Source: an uncultured delta proteobacterium (GTDB taxonomy: Bacteria; Desulfobacterota; BSN033; UBA1163). From it: a stretch of DNA of 64,000 nt. The notes under the pieces were generated by a model. It had not been told where the DNA came from, searched no databases, and saw only the letters and a list, made by a program, of their open reading frames with translations. Made by a program: the position numbers and the translations under genes. Shown piece after piece: positions 20,259-30,734 of the stretch. Every line of letters starts with the position of its first letter. The stretch's first letter is position 1. Location of the stretch: the NCBI GenBank assembly GCA_963708295.1, contig CAVPSJ010000007.1, forward strand, positions 1 through 64,000. Reading direction: 5' to 3'.

Positions 20259-21247
20259 CTAGAGACTTAGTGACTGCCTTTTAAGAAATCCATGTACAGG
20301 GAACGCTGTTTCCTCCGGCCTTTCGATCATCGGCACATGCCCGCAATCCTTCATGATCGCTTTCTTATGATTTCTAATTTTCTCAAATATCAAAACACTG
20401 GACACGTCGAGCACCCGGTCGGTATCTCCCCAGAGGATTAGTGTCGGTTGGGGTATTTTTGATAAATTGCCTTCTAATTCTAAATTATCAATCAGCATGT
20501 CCTGGAATAGCTTTTCATTTTTCGATTTGTCCGCAGCCGCTTCTTCTGCGAAAACCCTTTTTGCAATTGGAGGGATGAAAGGGGGTTTTACAAAAATGAA
20601 TTTCAAATACCGGGGGATGACAGGAGGTTTTACAAAAATGAATTTCAAATACCGGTCGAAATCAGCCCGACTGTGCACGATCATTGGGTTAAAGCCCTTT
20701 TCGATGAGCCTTTCCCGCTCGCTTTGGATTGGCGAATTCACACCACTCGCGTCAAAGAGCGCAAGCGTCTTAACCATCTTTCCGGATACTTCGCAGCATA
20801 ATTCCCGGAGATATTCCCGCCCATTGAATTCCCCACCATGTGGAATTGAGAGATCCCCAATCCTTTAAAGAATGCGTTCAGCCTTTCGACCTGAGCCATG
20901 ATGTTGTAACGGGCATCCTCAAGTCTCGTGCTTTCTCCATATCCCGGGAGATCCGGTATGATGACATGGTATTGAGGAGTGAAAAATTTTGCAAAGCGCA
21001 GCCAGTTGTCTTTATTCCCTCCAAACCCGTGAACCATGATAATGGTTTCTCCGGTTCCGCCTTCTGAATAGACGATGGTATGATCTCCGACAACAGCTGA
21101 TTTGACGGTCAGTTTTGCTGCCTTCCGCTGAAGCCCGATCAACCGTTTGACGATCAGTTTCGGTGCAGCAACGTAAAGGATACGGGGATAATAACTGCCA
21201 AACAAATTAGCCAATAAAATGATTCTCTTTCTTGATACTTTTGGCAT
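20259..21247 (-). CDS. Alpha/beta hydrolase (lipase/esterase), frameshifted
   Basis: 'HGFGG', nucleophile 'GNSMGG', 'WGDTD', 'CGHVPMIE' across ORFs 20738..21403 and 20259..20777. Confidence 0.85.
20572..20655. repeat. 42-bp in-frame tandem duplication in the hydrolase gene
   Basis: Two units differing at 2 positions, encoding RYLKFIFVKPPVIP / RYLKFIFVKPPFIP. Confidence 0.9.
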
Positions 21248-21454
21248 GGGGAACTCCTTGCTCAAACTCATCCGCAACCCTGTCATGAATACGGCACTTC
21301 CTGCTTCCAGGCACACATCGGCGATCAGAAGAGATGATAATGAAACGTCGTTAAATGTACCCGATAAATCGATGGCATTAGAGGTACGCGGCAGTTCCGG
21401 CAACTGGACTCGACTGCCTTGTTTAGATTCACGTGAAGAAATCCGATCAGCCCC

Positions 21455-21794
21455 TTAAGCCAATTCACTGACACCGCACTTTAATGTGATCTTAGTCGGA
21501 TCGGACTCCCAGGGCCAAAGAGCAGCGTATGTCACCTGATGACCATTCTTGCCTATAGAAAAAGGATTGTCCCTTTCGCAACCCTCCCAAAGAATCAACG
21601 AATTCCTCAATTTCTTTCGGCAGATTGACTTCTTTCCCACGCTCCTTGGCGGCTGGGCCTAAATATCTCTTTAATAAGGAATTAAGCAATTCTATGTCTT
21701 TCGTGTCCATGACTGCTTCCAGATACTCTGATCCTTGTGAGTTCGGTCTAATTTCCATTCTAAACGTTTTTTTTATCTCTTCAATCATGTTCAT
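21455..21794 (-). CDS. Conserved-looking hypothetical protein, frameshift near 21555
   Basis: 'YLEAV....L..LL..YLGPAAK...GGLRKGQSFFY' continues in another frame as 'YAALWPWESDPTKITLK'. Confidence 0.55.
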
Positions 21795-21891
21795 CGGTTC
21801 TCACACCGTCGCTTCCGCTATGCTCATGCCTTCTCGTAAAGGGGGAAGTTCCTATGGAGCATGTTTCGCCGCTGGATGACGCTATCACCGA

Positions 21892-23178
21892 CTATTTTCC
21901 TGTAAACTCCAGAATATGAAGACCGGCCCCGGCGCGATCCGTGATATAGATCAGCCCTCGGCCGTCGAGATCCACATCGTTGGTCTGAATCACCTTTTGG
22001 GATCCACGCCCTTCCCTTGCCTTCTCCGCCGGAGCAGGGATATAATGGCCCACCTCTCTGGGCTTAAATGGATCGGAGATATCGACGATTCTTAAGCCGG
22101 CATTGAAATAGGCAACATAGAGAAGAGACCCTCCGATGATTTCCCCGTCTTTCGTCTCCGCAAATTGGTGAGGCCCAAAACGCCCTCCCCGGTCGCAGAA
22201 GTCTCCGTCCGGAACCTTGAAGGTCGAGATCAGGCGACGGTTTTTTCTCATCCGTTGCGTCAAGGATATAAATCTGAGGCCGAGCCTCCTGGCATCCATA
22301 GCTCAGAGCCTCTTCCGAGACAACAAGGACCTGCCTAGGACGGCCTTCCGCTCTGTTGAAGCCGGCCTCCCTGAGAGGCGGGAACGGCACCGTCGTATGT
22401 GATCTCGACGAAGGCGGCAAAAAATCTATATGGGCAATCATCTTTGGTTGAGTCTTATCAGCAATATCCAGGATGACCACATCGCCGCCCAGAAGGTAGG
22501 AGAGATAAGCCCTGTCTCCATGAGATGACGGGGTGGTGAAGGCTAACCCCGCTCCTGGTCCGCCGGGGATTGACCGGGAAGACCCCAGTTGGAGACGAAC
22601 TTAGGCGTGTAAGGGTTTTTCAGGTCGTAGATGATCAGGTGTTGTCCCTTCCAACCCGGCCATATTCCGGAAAGGTATGCATAGCCGGTTTTCGCATCCC
22701 ACCATCCCTTATGGGCTGCGTTGAGTCCCTCAATTCTTGAAACAAGCCTCGGGGAGGCTCGATCCGTGATATCCCAGACCTCAAAACCGAGTGAAGTGGC
22801 TTCGGACTCCTGGTTCCGGAGGAGATAATCCCTCCCATCGAAATATTTCTCCACCACCTGAACCGCACGGCTCTCCGCTCCCTCATATCCCGGGAGATGC
22901 TTGACGATCCTGGGTTGCCTCGGATTTGAGACGTCGAGGATCGTTGTTCCATTCCATTCAAGGGCTCCGGTCATGGGATTCCTCTCCCTTCCCCGGTGGT
23001 GCCCGACATACGCATAGTTTCCCTTTAATACCACCTGGAGGGCATCACGGCCCTGCAGGTCGCTGTGGCCCACGAGTCGGACATTTGCTGCGTCAGCGGC
23101 AGAGGTCCTCTGAGGAACTGAGAGAGGAATCACTGCGAAACAGGGAAGCCAAAAGATAAGAAGGAGAGACTTGTTCAT
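21892..23178 (-). CDS. LVIVD-repeat beta-propeller protein (secreted), frameshifted into fragments
   Basis: Signal peptide; 'YAYVG', 'TILDVSNPRQP', 'VILDIADKTQP', 'YVAYFNAGLRIVDISDPFKPREVG', 'QTNDVDLDGRGLIYITDR'. Confidence 0.8.
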
Positions 23179-23566
23179 GAAGAACTTTGCCCCGGTATTG
23201 ACGAACCCTGGTCAATTAAAAAATAATATACACTTCTTTTTTATTTCCGTCAAAAGTGTAGACCAGATACCTCATCTCCCACGAGACTATTATTTAAGAT
23301 TTGACGGTGCGTTCGGGGAATAGACCTTACCGGAACGGCAAAATTATTTACATGCGTTTTTATTCGTTGGAGGTTGGGGCCCGACGCCCTTGTCATTCGT
23401 TGGGGCATGGGTTTGAAGTCCTAATGGGCCAAAAGAAATATTTTGGAAGGGTCTGGTACATGATTGGAGTATTCCATTGCGGCCTTCTTTAAAAGGTCTC
23501 CGAGATTATTTCCCCTTTCTTTTCTCCTTCTCTCAATCACCGTTCCAAGATAGACCATGCAGCGGG

Positions 23567-23893
23567 TCAGGTCATCTCTATAATACACTTTGAATTCCCC
23601 ACCAGTTCTTTACCCGACGATGAAGGTACTGTTTCCAATCTCGGTAGAAGGGCAGGGGGACCATGAAGGGTATCTTTTTCAGGAAAAAATCTCTCCCATT
23701 CCCCCAACCTCTCTAAAAGGCAGCCTTTCCCCAGGAGCTCTGACACGCAAAATCGAATTCCTTTATAGAGCAGCGAGTACCCGCAGGTCCTTCCTCCCAC
23801 GAGACATCTTGATAATTTCTGATCCATCGCCATCTTAAATAGGTTTCTTGCCCGTATCTTCTGTAATTCATGTTTGGCCTCAAGAATATCCAT
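23567..23893 (-). CDS. Possible small hypothetical protein
   Basis: ATG 23893 with upstream GGAG; 'MDILEAKHELQKIRARNLF...C..GRTC...FC....GC'; no recognisable family. Confidence 0.3.
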   Translation of the reverse strand: MDILEAKHELQKIRARNLFKMAMDQKLSRCLVGGRTCGYSLLYKGIRFCVSELLGKGCLLERLGEWERFFPEKDTLHGPPALLPRLETVPSSSGKELVGNSKCIIEMT

Positions 23894-24057
23894 GGAGACA
23901 ACTCCAGGGAAAACATTTATCGAAGTCTCATTCCACACTAATAAGGGGAGCAAGAAATGTACCAATCCCTAATGATAGTATCTCATTGATATTAGATTCG
24001 TTTGTTTAAGTGATCCTTGACGAGATGGGTATTTTTTTGTGCACTATTCACATTTTT

Positions 24058-24170
24058 GTGAAGCTTCCCGCCCACAGGGCGGGGCTTCCCGGAGAGGAAG
24101 TTTTCTTCACATGGTTCCCCTTGATCCCGCCTATCCCGCTTGGGCGGGACGGGGCACGTTCCGGCCGAAG
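24058..24170 (-). mobile_element. Second IS200/IS605-like palindromic non-autonomous element
   Basis: Minus strand GCCCCGCCCTGTGGGCGGGAAGCTTCAC is near-identical to 5433-5460; second hairpin TCCCGCTTGGGCGGGA. Confidence 0.55.
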
Positions 24171-24316
24171 GGCATTGTTCAACCAAGGGCACATCTCTGA
24201 GGGTCTTCACCGGCGTCTTTTTCCGTGGAAAGTTAAATCAGAAATTGATATATTTGAGACCTTGCCTTACCGGGATGGAGAACCACCCCGAAAGTCACGA
24301 TCGAGAAGGGGGAGTT

Positions 24317-24814
24317 ATGGGAAATATATCGAGCCTGCTTGAAGGGACCGGAAGCGGAAGGATGAACCGGATTGTCATGGGAAAGCTCAAAATGGACGTT
24401 GATCTCCTGCAAGGGATAACAGAAATGGCAAAAAACGAAGGGGTTCAAACGGGGATTATCCTTTCTGCGGTCGGGGCTCTGAAAAAAGCCGTCTTCAGAA
24501 ACCTTAAAATTCTACCGCCGGACCTCAAAATCGAAAAACATCACCGACTCTATCTTGATTTGGAGCAACCCATGGAGATCGTCTCTCTGACCGGATGGAT
24601 CGCAACCAAAGAAGACGGCGAAATAGAGGTCCACGCCCATCTCTCTGCCTCCACGGTCATGCAGGAACAGGTCACCACCCTGGGAGGCCATCTTACCTCC
24701 GGAATCATCACCTCCGTAAAAGTCGTGGTTGTGATCGGGGTGATTGAAGAGAGCAATATCAGAGCAGGTCTGGATCCGAGAACGAATCAAACCGATGTCA
24801 GGTTTTCTTTCTGA
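24317..24814 (+). CDS. PPC/DUF296 domain protein
   Basis: 'ILSAVGAL', 'EIVSLTG', 'VHAHLS', 'TLGGHL'; SD GGGGGAG before ATG 24317. Confidence 0.85.
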   Translation: MGNISSLLEGTGSGRMNRIVMGKLKMDVDLLQGITEMAKNEGVQTGIILSAVGALKKAVFRNLKILPPDLKIEKHHRLYLDLEQPMEIVSLTGWIATKEDGEIEVHAHLSASTVMQEQVTTLGGHLTSGIITSVKVVVVIGVIEESNIRAGLDPRTNQTDVRFSF

Positions 24815-24977
24815 GAAGGAGGAGGCAACCGTAAGAAGGCTCGCGCTATAAACTCACAACCTTAGGCTCCCTTCCTCTTCGTTGCCTAGTGCAGGAGCGG
24901 AATAATCATTTCCTTAGAATTTCTGAAAAGCTTCAGTCGGGAAGATCCGAGGGGTTTTGGCGCAGGGACCGAATCTT

Positions 24978-25349
24978 TTAAAAGATGTCTCCCATTCTTT
25001 CTTTTATAAAATCGTGGACCTCCGAAAAAATCTCAAAACCTAATCTGTCGCTCGTTTCAATGATCTCCGCCCCTATGAGGTAATCTCCTTCTGACTCATC
25101 TTGATTGCAATATTTGACCACCCCGATAAAAGGAATCTCCTTTGTAATGGATTGAGGTGCGGCAATTAAGCATTCAATCGCCGAATGAACCGGTATTTCC
25201 TCCGAACTTTTCATCCGGATACCCTTGGGGCTAAAATTCAGGAGTTTCACGAGACGAAACTTTCCAGACGCTCCTTTGACCTTCAAGGTGATATATTTCC
25301 GGTATATTTCCGGTACAACATGTCTTTTTTCCTCACGTCTCTCTTCCAT
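24978..25349 (-). CDS. PilZ domain protein
   Basis: 'ERREEKR' RxxxR and 'NFSPKG' (D/N)xSxxG motifs. Confidence 0.75.
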   Translation of the reverse strand: MEERREEKRHVVPEIYRKYITLKVKGASGKFRLVKLLNFSPKGIRMKSSEEIPVHSAIECLIAAPQSITKEIPFIGVVKYCNQDESEGDYLIGAEIIETSDRLGFEIFSEVHDFIKERMGDIF

Positions 25350-25394
25350 TTGCCGGCTTACACTCCATTTCCCTTCATCACGGATAGCTCCAGC

Positions 25395-25493
25395 TTACGT
25401 GCTTTTCTTCTCTTTCTTCATCCTTCTCTTCTCTTTGAGGCTTTTTTGTGCCGCCTTCTTGCTTTCTCTTACCCCTTTGCTTTTCTCTTTCGT
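25395..25493 (-). CDS. Putative 32-aa Lys/Arg-rich small protein with ACG at the start position
   Basis: AGGAGG-N5-ACG, then KEKSKGVRESKKAAQKSLKEKRRMKKEKKST-TAA. Confidence 0.45.
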   Translation of the reverse strand, partial: TKEKSKGVRESKKAAQKSLKEKRRMKKEKKST

Positions 25494-25646
25494 GACACCC
25501 TCCTCTCTCGTGCCTTTCTATGTCTTGTTCCTTCCGTCTTATGAAAACAATCGGAAACGAGCACTCGAGTTTCTGTCTCTGACCGCTAAGCTTTCTGCGC
25601 AAATTTGGAGCGAATGATGTTCACTTTCGATGATCCCCCCTGTGCT

Positions 25647-25724
25647 TTACGCATTTTGCAGAAATGCAACCACTGCAAGTAAGATTAACCATGTGACGGT
25701 GCCGAGAACGACCTTTTTCCACAC
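25647..25724 (-). CDS. Putative 25-aa single-TM small protein
   Basis: GGGGGTGAGG SD, GTG start, MWKKVVLGTVTWLILLAVVAFLQNA. Confidence 0.45.
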   Translation of the reverse strand: MWKKVVLGTVTWLILLAVVAFLQNA

Positions 25725-25794
25725 AAACCTCACCCCCTTCTTATCTGCTGGCTCTTCTCAACTCTCCTTCCTTCAGCTATAGAAGTGAGATAAA

Positions 25795-25810
25795 AGCAAA
25801 TAATGTGCCG
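25795..25810 (-). promoter_or_regulatory. sigma54 -24/-12 promoter
   Basis: Minus strand CGGCAC-ATTAT-TTGCT. Confidence 0.6.
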
Positions 25811-26070
25811 AGGCTTGAAGTTTTTAATCGACTGAAATCTATAGAATTTTCGAAGTCCCCGCTCGGGGGAAAAATCATTTGAATGGTAAATTCCTGCTCA
25901 ATTGTCAAGATATTGCCAGCAGGCTTCGGAATGGGCCGGCGCCCCATCTTTGTGCTTTTAACTCCTGAACTGAACCGAAGTTCTCCAAAAGATGGCATGG
26001 GTCCCTATTTCACTTGACAGGGATTGTCCTTATTGGTAACACTTTCCAGAAGAAAGAGGAGGGAGAAAAC

Positions 26071-26727
26071 ATGGAAGACGGCGGAATCGTGAACACCCCT
26101 TTTAGAATCCAAAGAGGAAAGACGGCCCTGATCGTTGTCGATTTACAGAATGAGTTTGTGAGGGATGGGGGCCTCATTCAAGTGAAGGACGCAAAAGCCA
26201 CCCTTGATACAAATAGGAAGTTGATCGAATTTTCCCGTAAAAAGGGGGTGCCGGTCGTCTACACCAAGATGTCATTGCACGATGATTGGGCTCTCCCGAT
26301 GAGAATGATCCGGTTCAAAGAACCCGATCGAGTACGGGGGAAAGCGCTCTTGCCCGGGCACAAAAGACTCTTCACCGATGCTGGGAAAGAGCTGGACGTG
26401 ACGGACATCGTCGAAGAAGTGTACCCTGACAAAGGGGATCATATCATCCATAAACACTGGTTCGACGCTTTTAACGGAACCCATCTGGGACCTCTCCTTC
26501 ATGGCTTATCTGTTGAATATGTCCTTGTCACCGGAACCGTCACCCATATCTGTGTCGAGTCGACTGCCAAAGGGGCGTTTAACCACGGATATTTTCCCGT
26601 CATCGTATCGGATGGTGTTTCCTCTTTCGCGCCTGAGCATTTTATAAAGGAACTGCTGAATCAATTTGCAGATCTCTGGGGGAGAGTGATGACGTCGGTG
26701 GAGGTCATGGAGGAATTATCGCAGTAA
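26071..26727 (+). CDS. Isochorismatase family cysteine hydrolase
   Basis: 'ALIVVDLQNEF', 'HKHWFDAF', 'TGTVTHICVESTA'. Confidence 0.88.
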   Translation: MEDGGIVNTPFRIQRGKTALIVVDLQNEFVRDGGLIQVKDAKATLDTNRKLIEFSRKKGVPVVYTKMSLHDDWALPMRMIRFKEPDRVRGKALLPGHKRLFTDAGKELDVTDIVEEVYPDKGDHIIHKHWFDAFNGTHLGPLLHGLSVEYVLVTGTVTHICVESTAKGAFNHGYFPVIVSDGVSSFAPEHFIKELLNQFADLWGRVMTSVEVMEELSQ

Positions 26728-26792
26728 CCCGTCCTGAATCTCCCCATCCTCATTTTTGCGGATGACACTCATCAAAATGAGAATCGTAAATT

Positions 26793-27272
26793 TTATGGAG
26801 GTGCTTCCATCCTCTGCCTTTCGATGATTTCGAACAGGACCCCTCCAATCTCGCCTGAATTCATGTAAAACGCCCGACGCTTTCCTCGAACCCGATCTTG
26901 CGCTTCAATTTCGCAGAGGATGTCTATCCCCTTTTCTCTTGCATAAGATTTCCATTCATCGTAATTTTCCACATAATACCCAAGGTGCTGCAGGCCTTCT
27001 CCGTGAACCTCCAGGAAGTCGCGATGCGGGGGCTCCCCGCGGACAACTTGAATGAGCTCAAGGTTCGCTGACCCGACGGCGGCCGTCGCGATCCTCAATT
27101 CAAAGGGTCTCACTTCCTTTCCCCGCACCCAGGCCTTGTGAGGCCGGAAATCGTAAATTTCAAAAGGACCTATCCCGAAAACAGGCGAATAGTACTCAAT
27201 GACCCGATCGATATCTTTGACCACGACACCGATATGTCCGACATTCGGAAATTTCAGACGTTTGGATGCCAT
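26793..27272 (-). CDS. VOC family protein (methylmalonyl-CoA epimerase-like)
   Basis: 'HIGVVVKDI', 'LELIQ', 'HGEGLQHLGY', 'FEIIE'. Confidence 0.85.
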   Translation of the reverse strand: MASKRLKFPNVGHIGVVVKDIDRVIEYYSPVFGIGPFEIYDFRPHKAWVRGKEVRPFELRIATAAVGSANLELIQVVRGEPPHRDFLEVHGEGLQHLGYYVENYDEWKSYAREKGIDILCEIEAQDRVRGKRRAFYMNSGEIGGVLFEIIERQRMEAPP

Positions 27273-27545
27273 ACTCTATCCTTTTTTGACCGTTCATTAC
27301 CTTCCCTATATACTACAATATACCTTCCAGCGGCAGGGACCATTTACCGAAGATAAATCATACATCAACCACTTCCCCAATAAAATAGCTATTTTTCTCT
27401 CGGTTTTTGACCCCGCATTCCGGTTCGGCGGTAAGAATTCTATTTCGGAATAGCAGGTTCCACTCTCAAGCTTCCCCGTTAGCTACTCAAATTCCGTTGT
27501 TTTCTTCTTCGTTGTGGTTTATATGGTAACTAGGAAAGAAGAAGA

Positions 27546-28676
27546 ATGGAACAATTCTTCGCGGTCAGCACCCCGGGGCTTGAACCCTTTGTAGCACAGG
27601 AACTCCATCAGTTGGGCCTGATGGGTGGCGATAAGAGCGGGTCTCTGTATGAACCGGGGGGCATCGAATTTCAAGGTTCTTTTCATGATGTCTATCGAGC
27701 CAATCTCTATCTTCGTACGGCAAGCCGGGTATTAGTGCGGCTCGGCCGGTTTTATGCTGCTGAATTTTCCGAACTCCGCCGGAAGGCAGGCCGCCTGCTT
27801 TGGGAGAGCTATCTTGCTCCAGAACAACCGATCGCATTACGCGTGACCTGCCAAAAGTCGCGTTTATACCATGAGACCGCGGTCGCCGAGCGGGTGGCAG
27901 GGGCCATCGGAGACAGGCTGGGAAACCCTCCACCCGTTCGCAAATACCAAGAAGACCCAGGCAATGACCTCCCCCAATTAATCGTCGTTCGGTTGTTTGA
28001 TAATCTCTGCACGATCAGTATGGACTCCTCCGGAGCGCTTTTGCATCGGCGAGGATATCGATTGGCCACGGCAAAAGCTCCGCTCCGGGAAACCCTTGCA
28101 GCCGCAACGGTGATGGCTTCCGGATGGGACAAAACCTCCCCTCTTCTCGATCCATTTTGCGGATCGGGAACCATTCCGATTGAAGCGGCCCTGCTGGCTG
28201 AAAGAATTCCTCCGGGGTTTCGCCGGCGCTTCACATTTATGGATTGGCCTCACTTCGATTCGAAGGTCTGGGAGAAATTGCTGGCCGATGCCGCTCGGGC
28301 AATCGTTTCGGACATGCCAAAAATTATTGGATCAGACCGAGATGAAGGAGCGATCCGGGCGGCACAGACCAATGCAGAGCGGGCAGGTCTCGCAGGCCAC
28401 ATCGAATTTTCAAGGAGAGCAATCTCTGCCATAGACCCTCCTTCTGGCCCGGGTTGGGTCGTCACCAACCCCCCCTATGGCGTCAGGGTGAGTCAACCGA
28501 GTGATTTGCGAAATTTATACGCCCAGTTTGGCAAAGTCATGCGCGCCAAATGCCCTGGTTGGCGGGTCACCCTCATCTGTGACAGGGTCCAGATGATTCG
28601 CAATACCGGATTGGACTTTGATAAGGGAATCCCAACGATGAACGGGGGATTGAAGGTGAGATTATTCCGCATGTGA
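27546..28676 (+). CDS. THUMP-domain RNA methyltransferase (RlmL-like)
   Basis: 'ANLYLRTASRV', 'DSSGALLHRRGYR...KAPLRETLAA', 'DPFCGSGT', 'TNPPYG'. Confidence 0.9.
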   Translation: MEQFFAVSTPGLEPFVAQELHQLGLMGGDKSGSLYEPGGIEFQGSFHDVYRANLYLRTASRVLVRLGRFYAAEFSELRRKAGRLLWESYLAPEQPIALRVTCQKSRLYHETAVAERVAGAIGDRLGNPPPVRKYQEDPGNDLPQLIVVRLFDNLCTISMDSSGALLHRRGYRLATAKAPLRETLAAATVMASGWDKTSPLLDPFCGSGTIPIEAALLAERIPPGFRRRFTFMDWPHFDSKVWEKLLADAARAIVSDMPKIIGSDRDEGAIRAAQTNAERAGLAGHIEFSRRAISAIDPPSGPGWVVTNPPYGVRVSQPSDLRNLYAQFGKVMRAKCPGWRVTLICDRVQMIRNTGLDFDKGIPTMNGGLKVRLFRM

Positions 28677-29510
28677 ATTCGTCCGTTTTTTCGGATCACT
28701 CCAACAGTCGGAAAACCTGACGCCGGAGTCATCTCCCTCCCAGATCCCCCCTTTTTTTAACGATGTTCTTTCAGAAAAATGTTCTTCCCTGCTCCTGAGG
28801 AACCGGAAATGCATAACGGCGAAGACTGCAAAAGGCGGGTAGAGGATCAACGCGATCCGAAAGAGCAAGATAAAAGCCTGTTTCGGGGGATAACCGGCGA
28901 TGAGGCTGAAGATTCCATAGAACCCGAAGAGGATAGGCATCAGGGTTCCTACATATTTTCCGATCATCTTTAGCTCTTGATCCTTTCGATTCACATACCT
29001 GATCCCCACATCGTCGAGAGTCCAGAGGACAGATAGAAGGAGGGAGATGACCGCTGTGATCCCGGTGATGATCAGCAGCCGACCTGGCTGAAATTGCGCC
29101 CGGGAGAAGAAAAGCACCGGTTGAGCAGTCACCCCGGTGAGGATCTGAAGGGCTGCGAGTAGTTTTGCCTCAAAGAGAAGTCCGATCCCAATTCCCTGCA
29201 AAGGTCGAAAGACCCAGTGATTCATCGGATGGATGCACGCTTCCCGTTTCTTGTCGGTTTGAAGAAGCTTCTCGCTCATTCGGGCGATAAGGAACCGATA
29301 AACGGGCAAGAGGACATAAAGTGGAAGACAAAGAGGCAAGGCGAATCGGATGAACCGGATCAATGCCCTGAGAAAAACCTCCGACCCCTTGATGGAGGAG
29401 GGGCTGTCGAAAAAGTATGAGAAAATAGTTGAGAAGACCAGGACGATCAAGGCAGGAGATATTTCTTTTGACAGGTGTAAGACGCCTTTCCCAGTGATTC
29501 GAACGACCAT
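28662..29510 (-). CDS. Hypothetical integral membrane protein
   Basis: 282-aa ORF with about 6 hydrophobic segments. Confidence 0.6.
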   Translation of the reverse strand: MVVRITGKGVLHLSKEISPALIVLVFSTIFSYFFDSPSSIKGSEVFLRALIRFIRFALPLCLPLYVLLPVYRFLIARMSEKLLQTDKKREACIHPMNHWVFRPLQGIGIGLLFEAKLLAALQILTGVTAQPVLFFSRAQFQPGRLLIITGITAVISLLLSVLWTLDDVGIRYVNRKDQELKMIGKYVGTLMPILFGFYGIFSLIAGYPPKQAFILLFRIALILYPPFAVFAVMHFRFLRSREEHFSERTSLKKGGIWEGDDSGVRFSDCWSDPKKRTNSHAE

Positions 29511-29606
29511 ACTTAGCCCGCCTCTCTGTCAGCTCAACCCATAACGCAATGACCTGATGACCGATAACTCAATCCCCTAACGAGCTCTTCAATTTGATAA
29601 TCTTCC

Positions 29607-30089
29607 CTACCACAAGGCGCGGACAAAATAGTACGTCATCACCCCTGAAATTCCCAATCTCAGGATTGTTGCAAGCAGCGTCCCCATCACCACCCCCCAA
29701 CCCGCTCTGAGAGCATCTCCTTTTTTCTTCCCGACGAGCCACTCGGCCAGGACTGCGCCAATAAAAGCCCCCGCAAGCATGGCGAAGGGAGACCAGAATA
29801 TCCCTATCGCCATTCCCAGCACGGAACCCCAGATCCCCCATTTCGACGCTCCGTACCTTTTGGCCCCAAGCAATGGAATGATATAATCCATGGCGACCAC
29901 AAGGATCGTCACCACCGCCAGGACGATGACCAACGTCGGGGACAAGGGAGGTGAGAAATGCTTTTGCAGAGCCAGCAAAAAGAGCCCGATGAAGCTAAGC
30001 GGCGGGCCTGGGAGAATGGGAACGACACTCCCTGCCAGTCCGAAAATCATTAAAATTGAACCAATAACGATCGTAGCCCCTTCAAGCAT
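29607..30089 (-). CDS. DUF456 family membrane protein
   Basis: 'GSVVPILPGPPL', 'DY...LGAKRYGASKWG..G', 'GAFIGA...E'. Confidence 0.85.
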   Translation of the reverse strand: MLEGATIVIGSILMIFGLAGSVVPILPGPPLSFIGLFLLALQKHFSPPLSPTLVIVLAVVTILVVAMDYIIPLLGAKRYGASKWGIWGSVLGMAIGIFWSPFAMLAGAFIGAVLAEWLVGKKKGDALRAGWGVVMGTLLATILRLGISGVMTYYFVRALW

Positions 30090-30116
30090 TTCTTTTTTCC
30101 ATTAAGAAGCAGATTC

Positions 30117-30734
30117 CTAGGACTCTTCGATTCTTCGCCGGGCCAGCTCCTCACGTGCCAATTGTCGTGAAGCGGAGAGGAAGAACCATTTCTCCAGATG
30201 CCTCTCCAAATAACTGAGATAATCCCCTTGAGGGACATGAAACCTATTCAGGTCAATAGCCACACCTTTGCGAGAATATCGGAAAAGCTTATCCGCGTCC
30301 TTCACAACTCGATCACTTCGAGAGACGGATCTTTTTCTCGAATCGTGCCCCCGGATGATTCGACAGATTTCATTTACCTTTTCAGAAGGGTAGCCGAGTT
30401 CCTCCAATATCTTTCTGGCCATCTTCGCCCCTTCCACTTCATGAAGCCTTGCGGCCTGACGATTGGATAAGTTTGGACCGAAAGCAGTAAGCTGAAGAGG
30501 TTCGGGAACAGCCTTCCAGCCCACATCGTGGAGAATAATGGCAGGGATAACGACTTCCTCGTCGCCTTTTCCTTCTCTTAAGAGTCTGATCGCACATCGA
30601 AGGGCGATCTGAGTGTGGATGAGGTTCTTCCGGGTTCGCAGGAAGGGTTTCGCCCGCTTAAAAATTTTCTGGTAAATCGGCTTCATTTTTTTATCTGACG
30701 CTGTCCAGGCAAGGGAGAATACCTTCGGCCTCAT
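30117..30734 (-). CDS. HD domain phosphohydrolase (start possibly 30686)
   Basis: 'H...', 'AIILHDVGW', 'HEVEGA', 'GHDS', 'DADKL'. Confidence 0.85.
   Translation of the reverse strand: MRPKVFSLAWTASDKKMKPIYQKIFKRAKPFLRTRKNLIHTQIALRCAIRLLREGKGDEEVVIPAIILHDVGWKAVPEPLQLTAFGPNLSNRQAARLHEVEGAKMARKILEELGYPSEKVNEICRIIRGHDSRKRSVSRSDRVVKDADKLFRYSRKGVAIDLNRFHVPQGDYLSYLERHLEKWFFLSASRQLAREELARRRIEES

Noticed and set aside
24010-24342. ORF containing 'VKLPAHRAGLPG'
   Set aside because: It is a translation of the palindromic repeat element, not a credible protein.
25185-25617. Hydrophobic plus-strand ORFs
   Set aside because: Reverse complement of the purine-rich Lys/Glu-coding strand.
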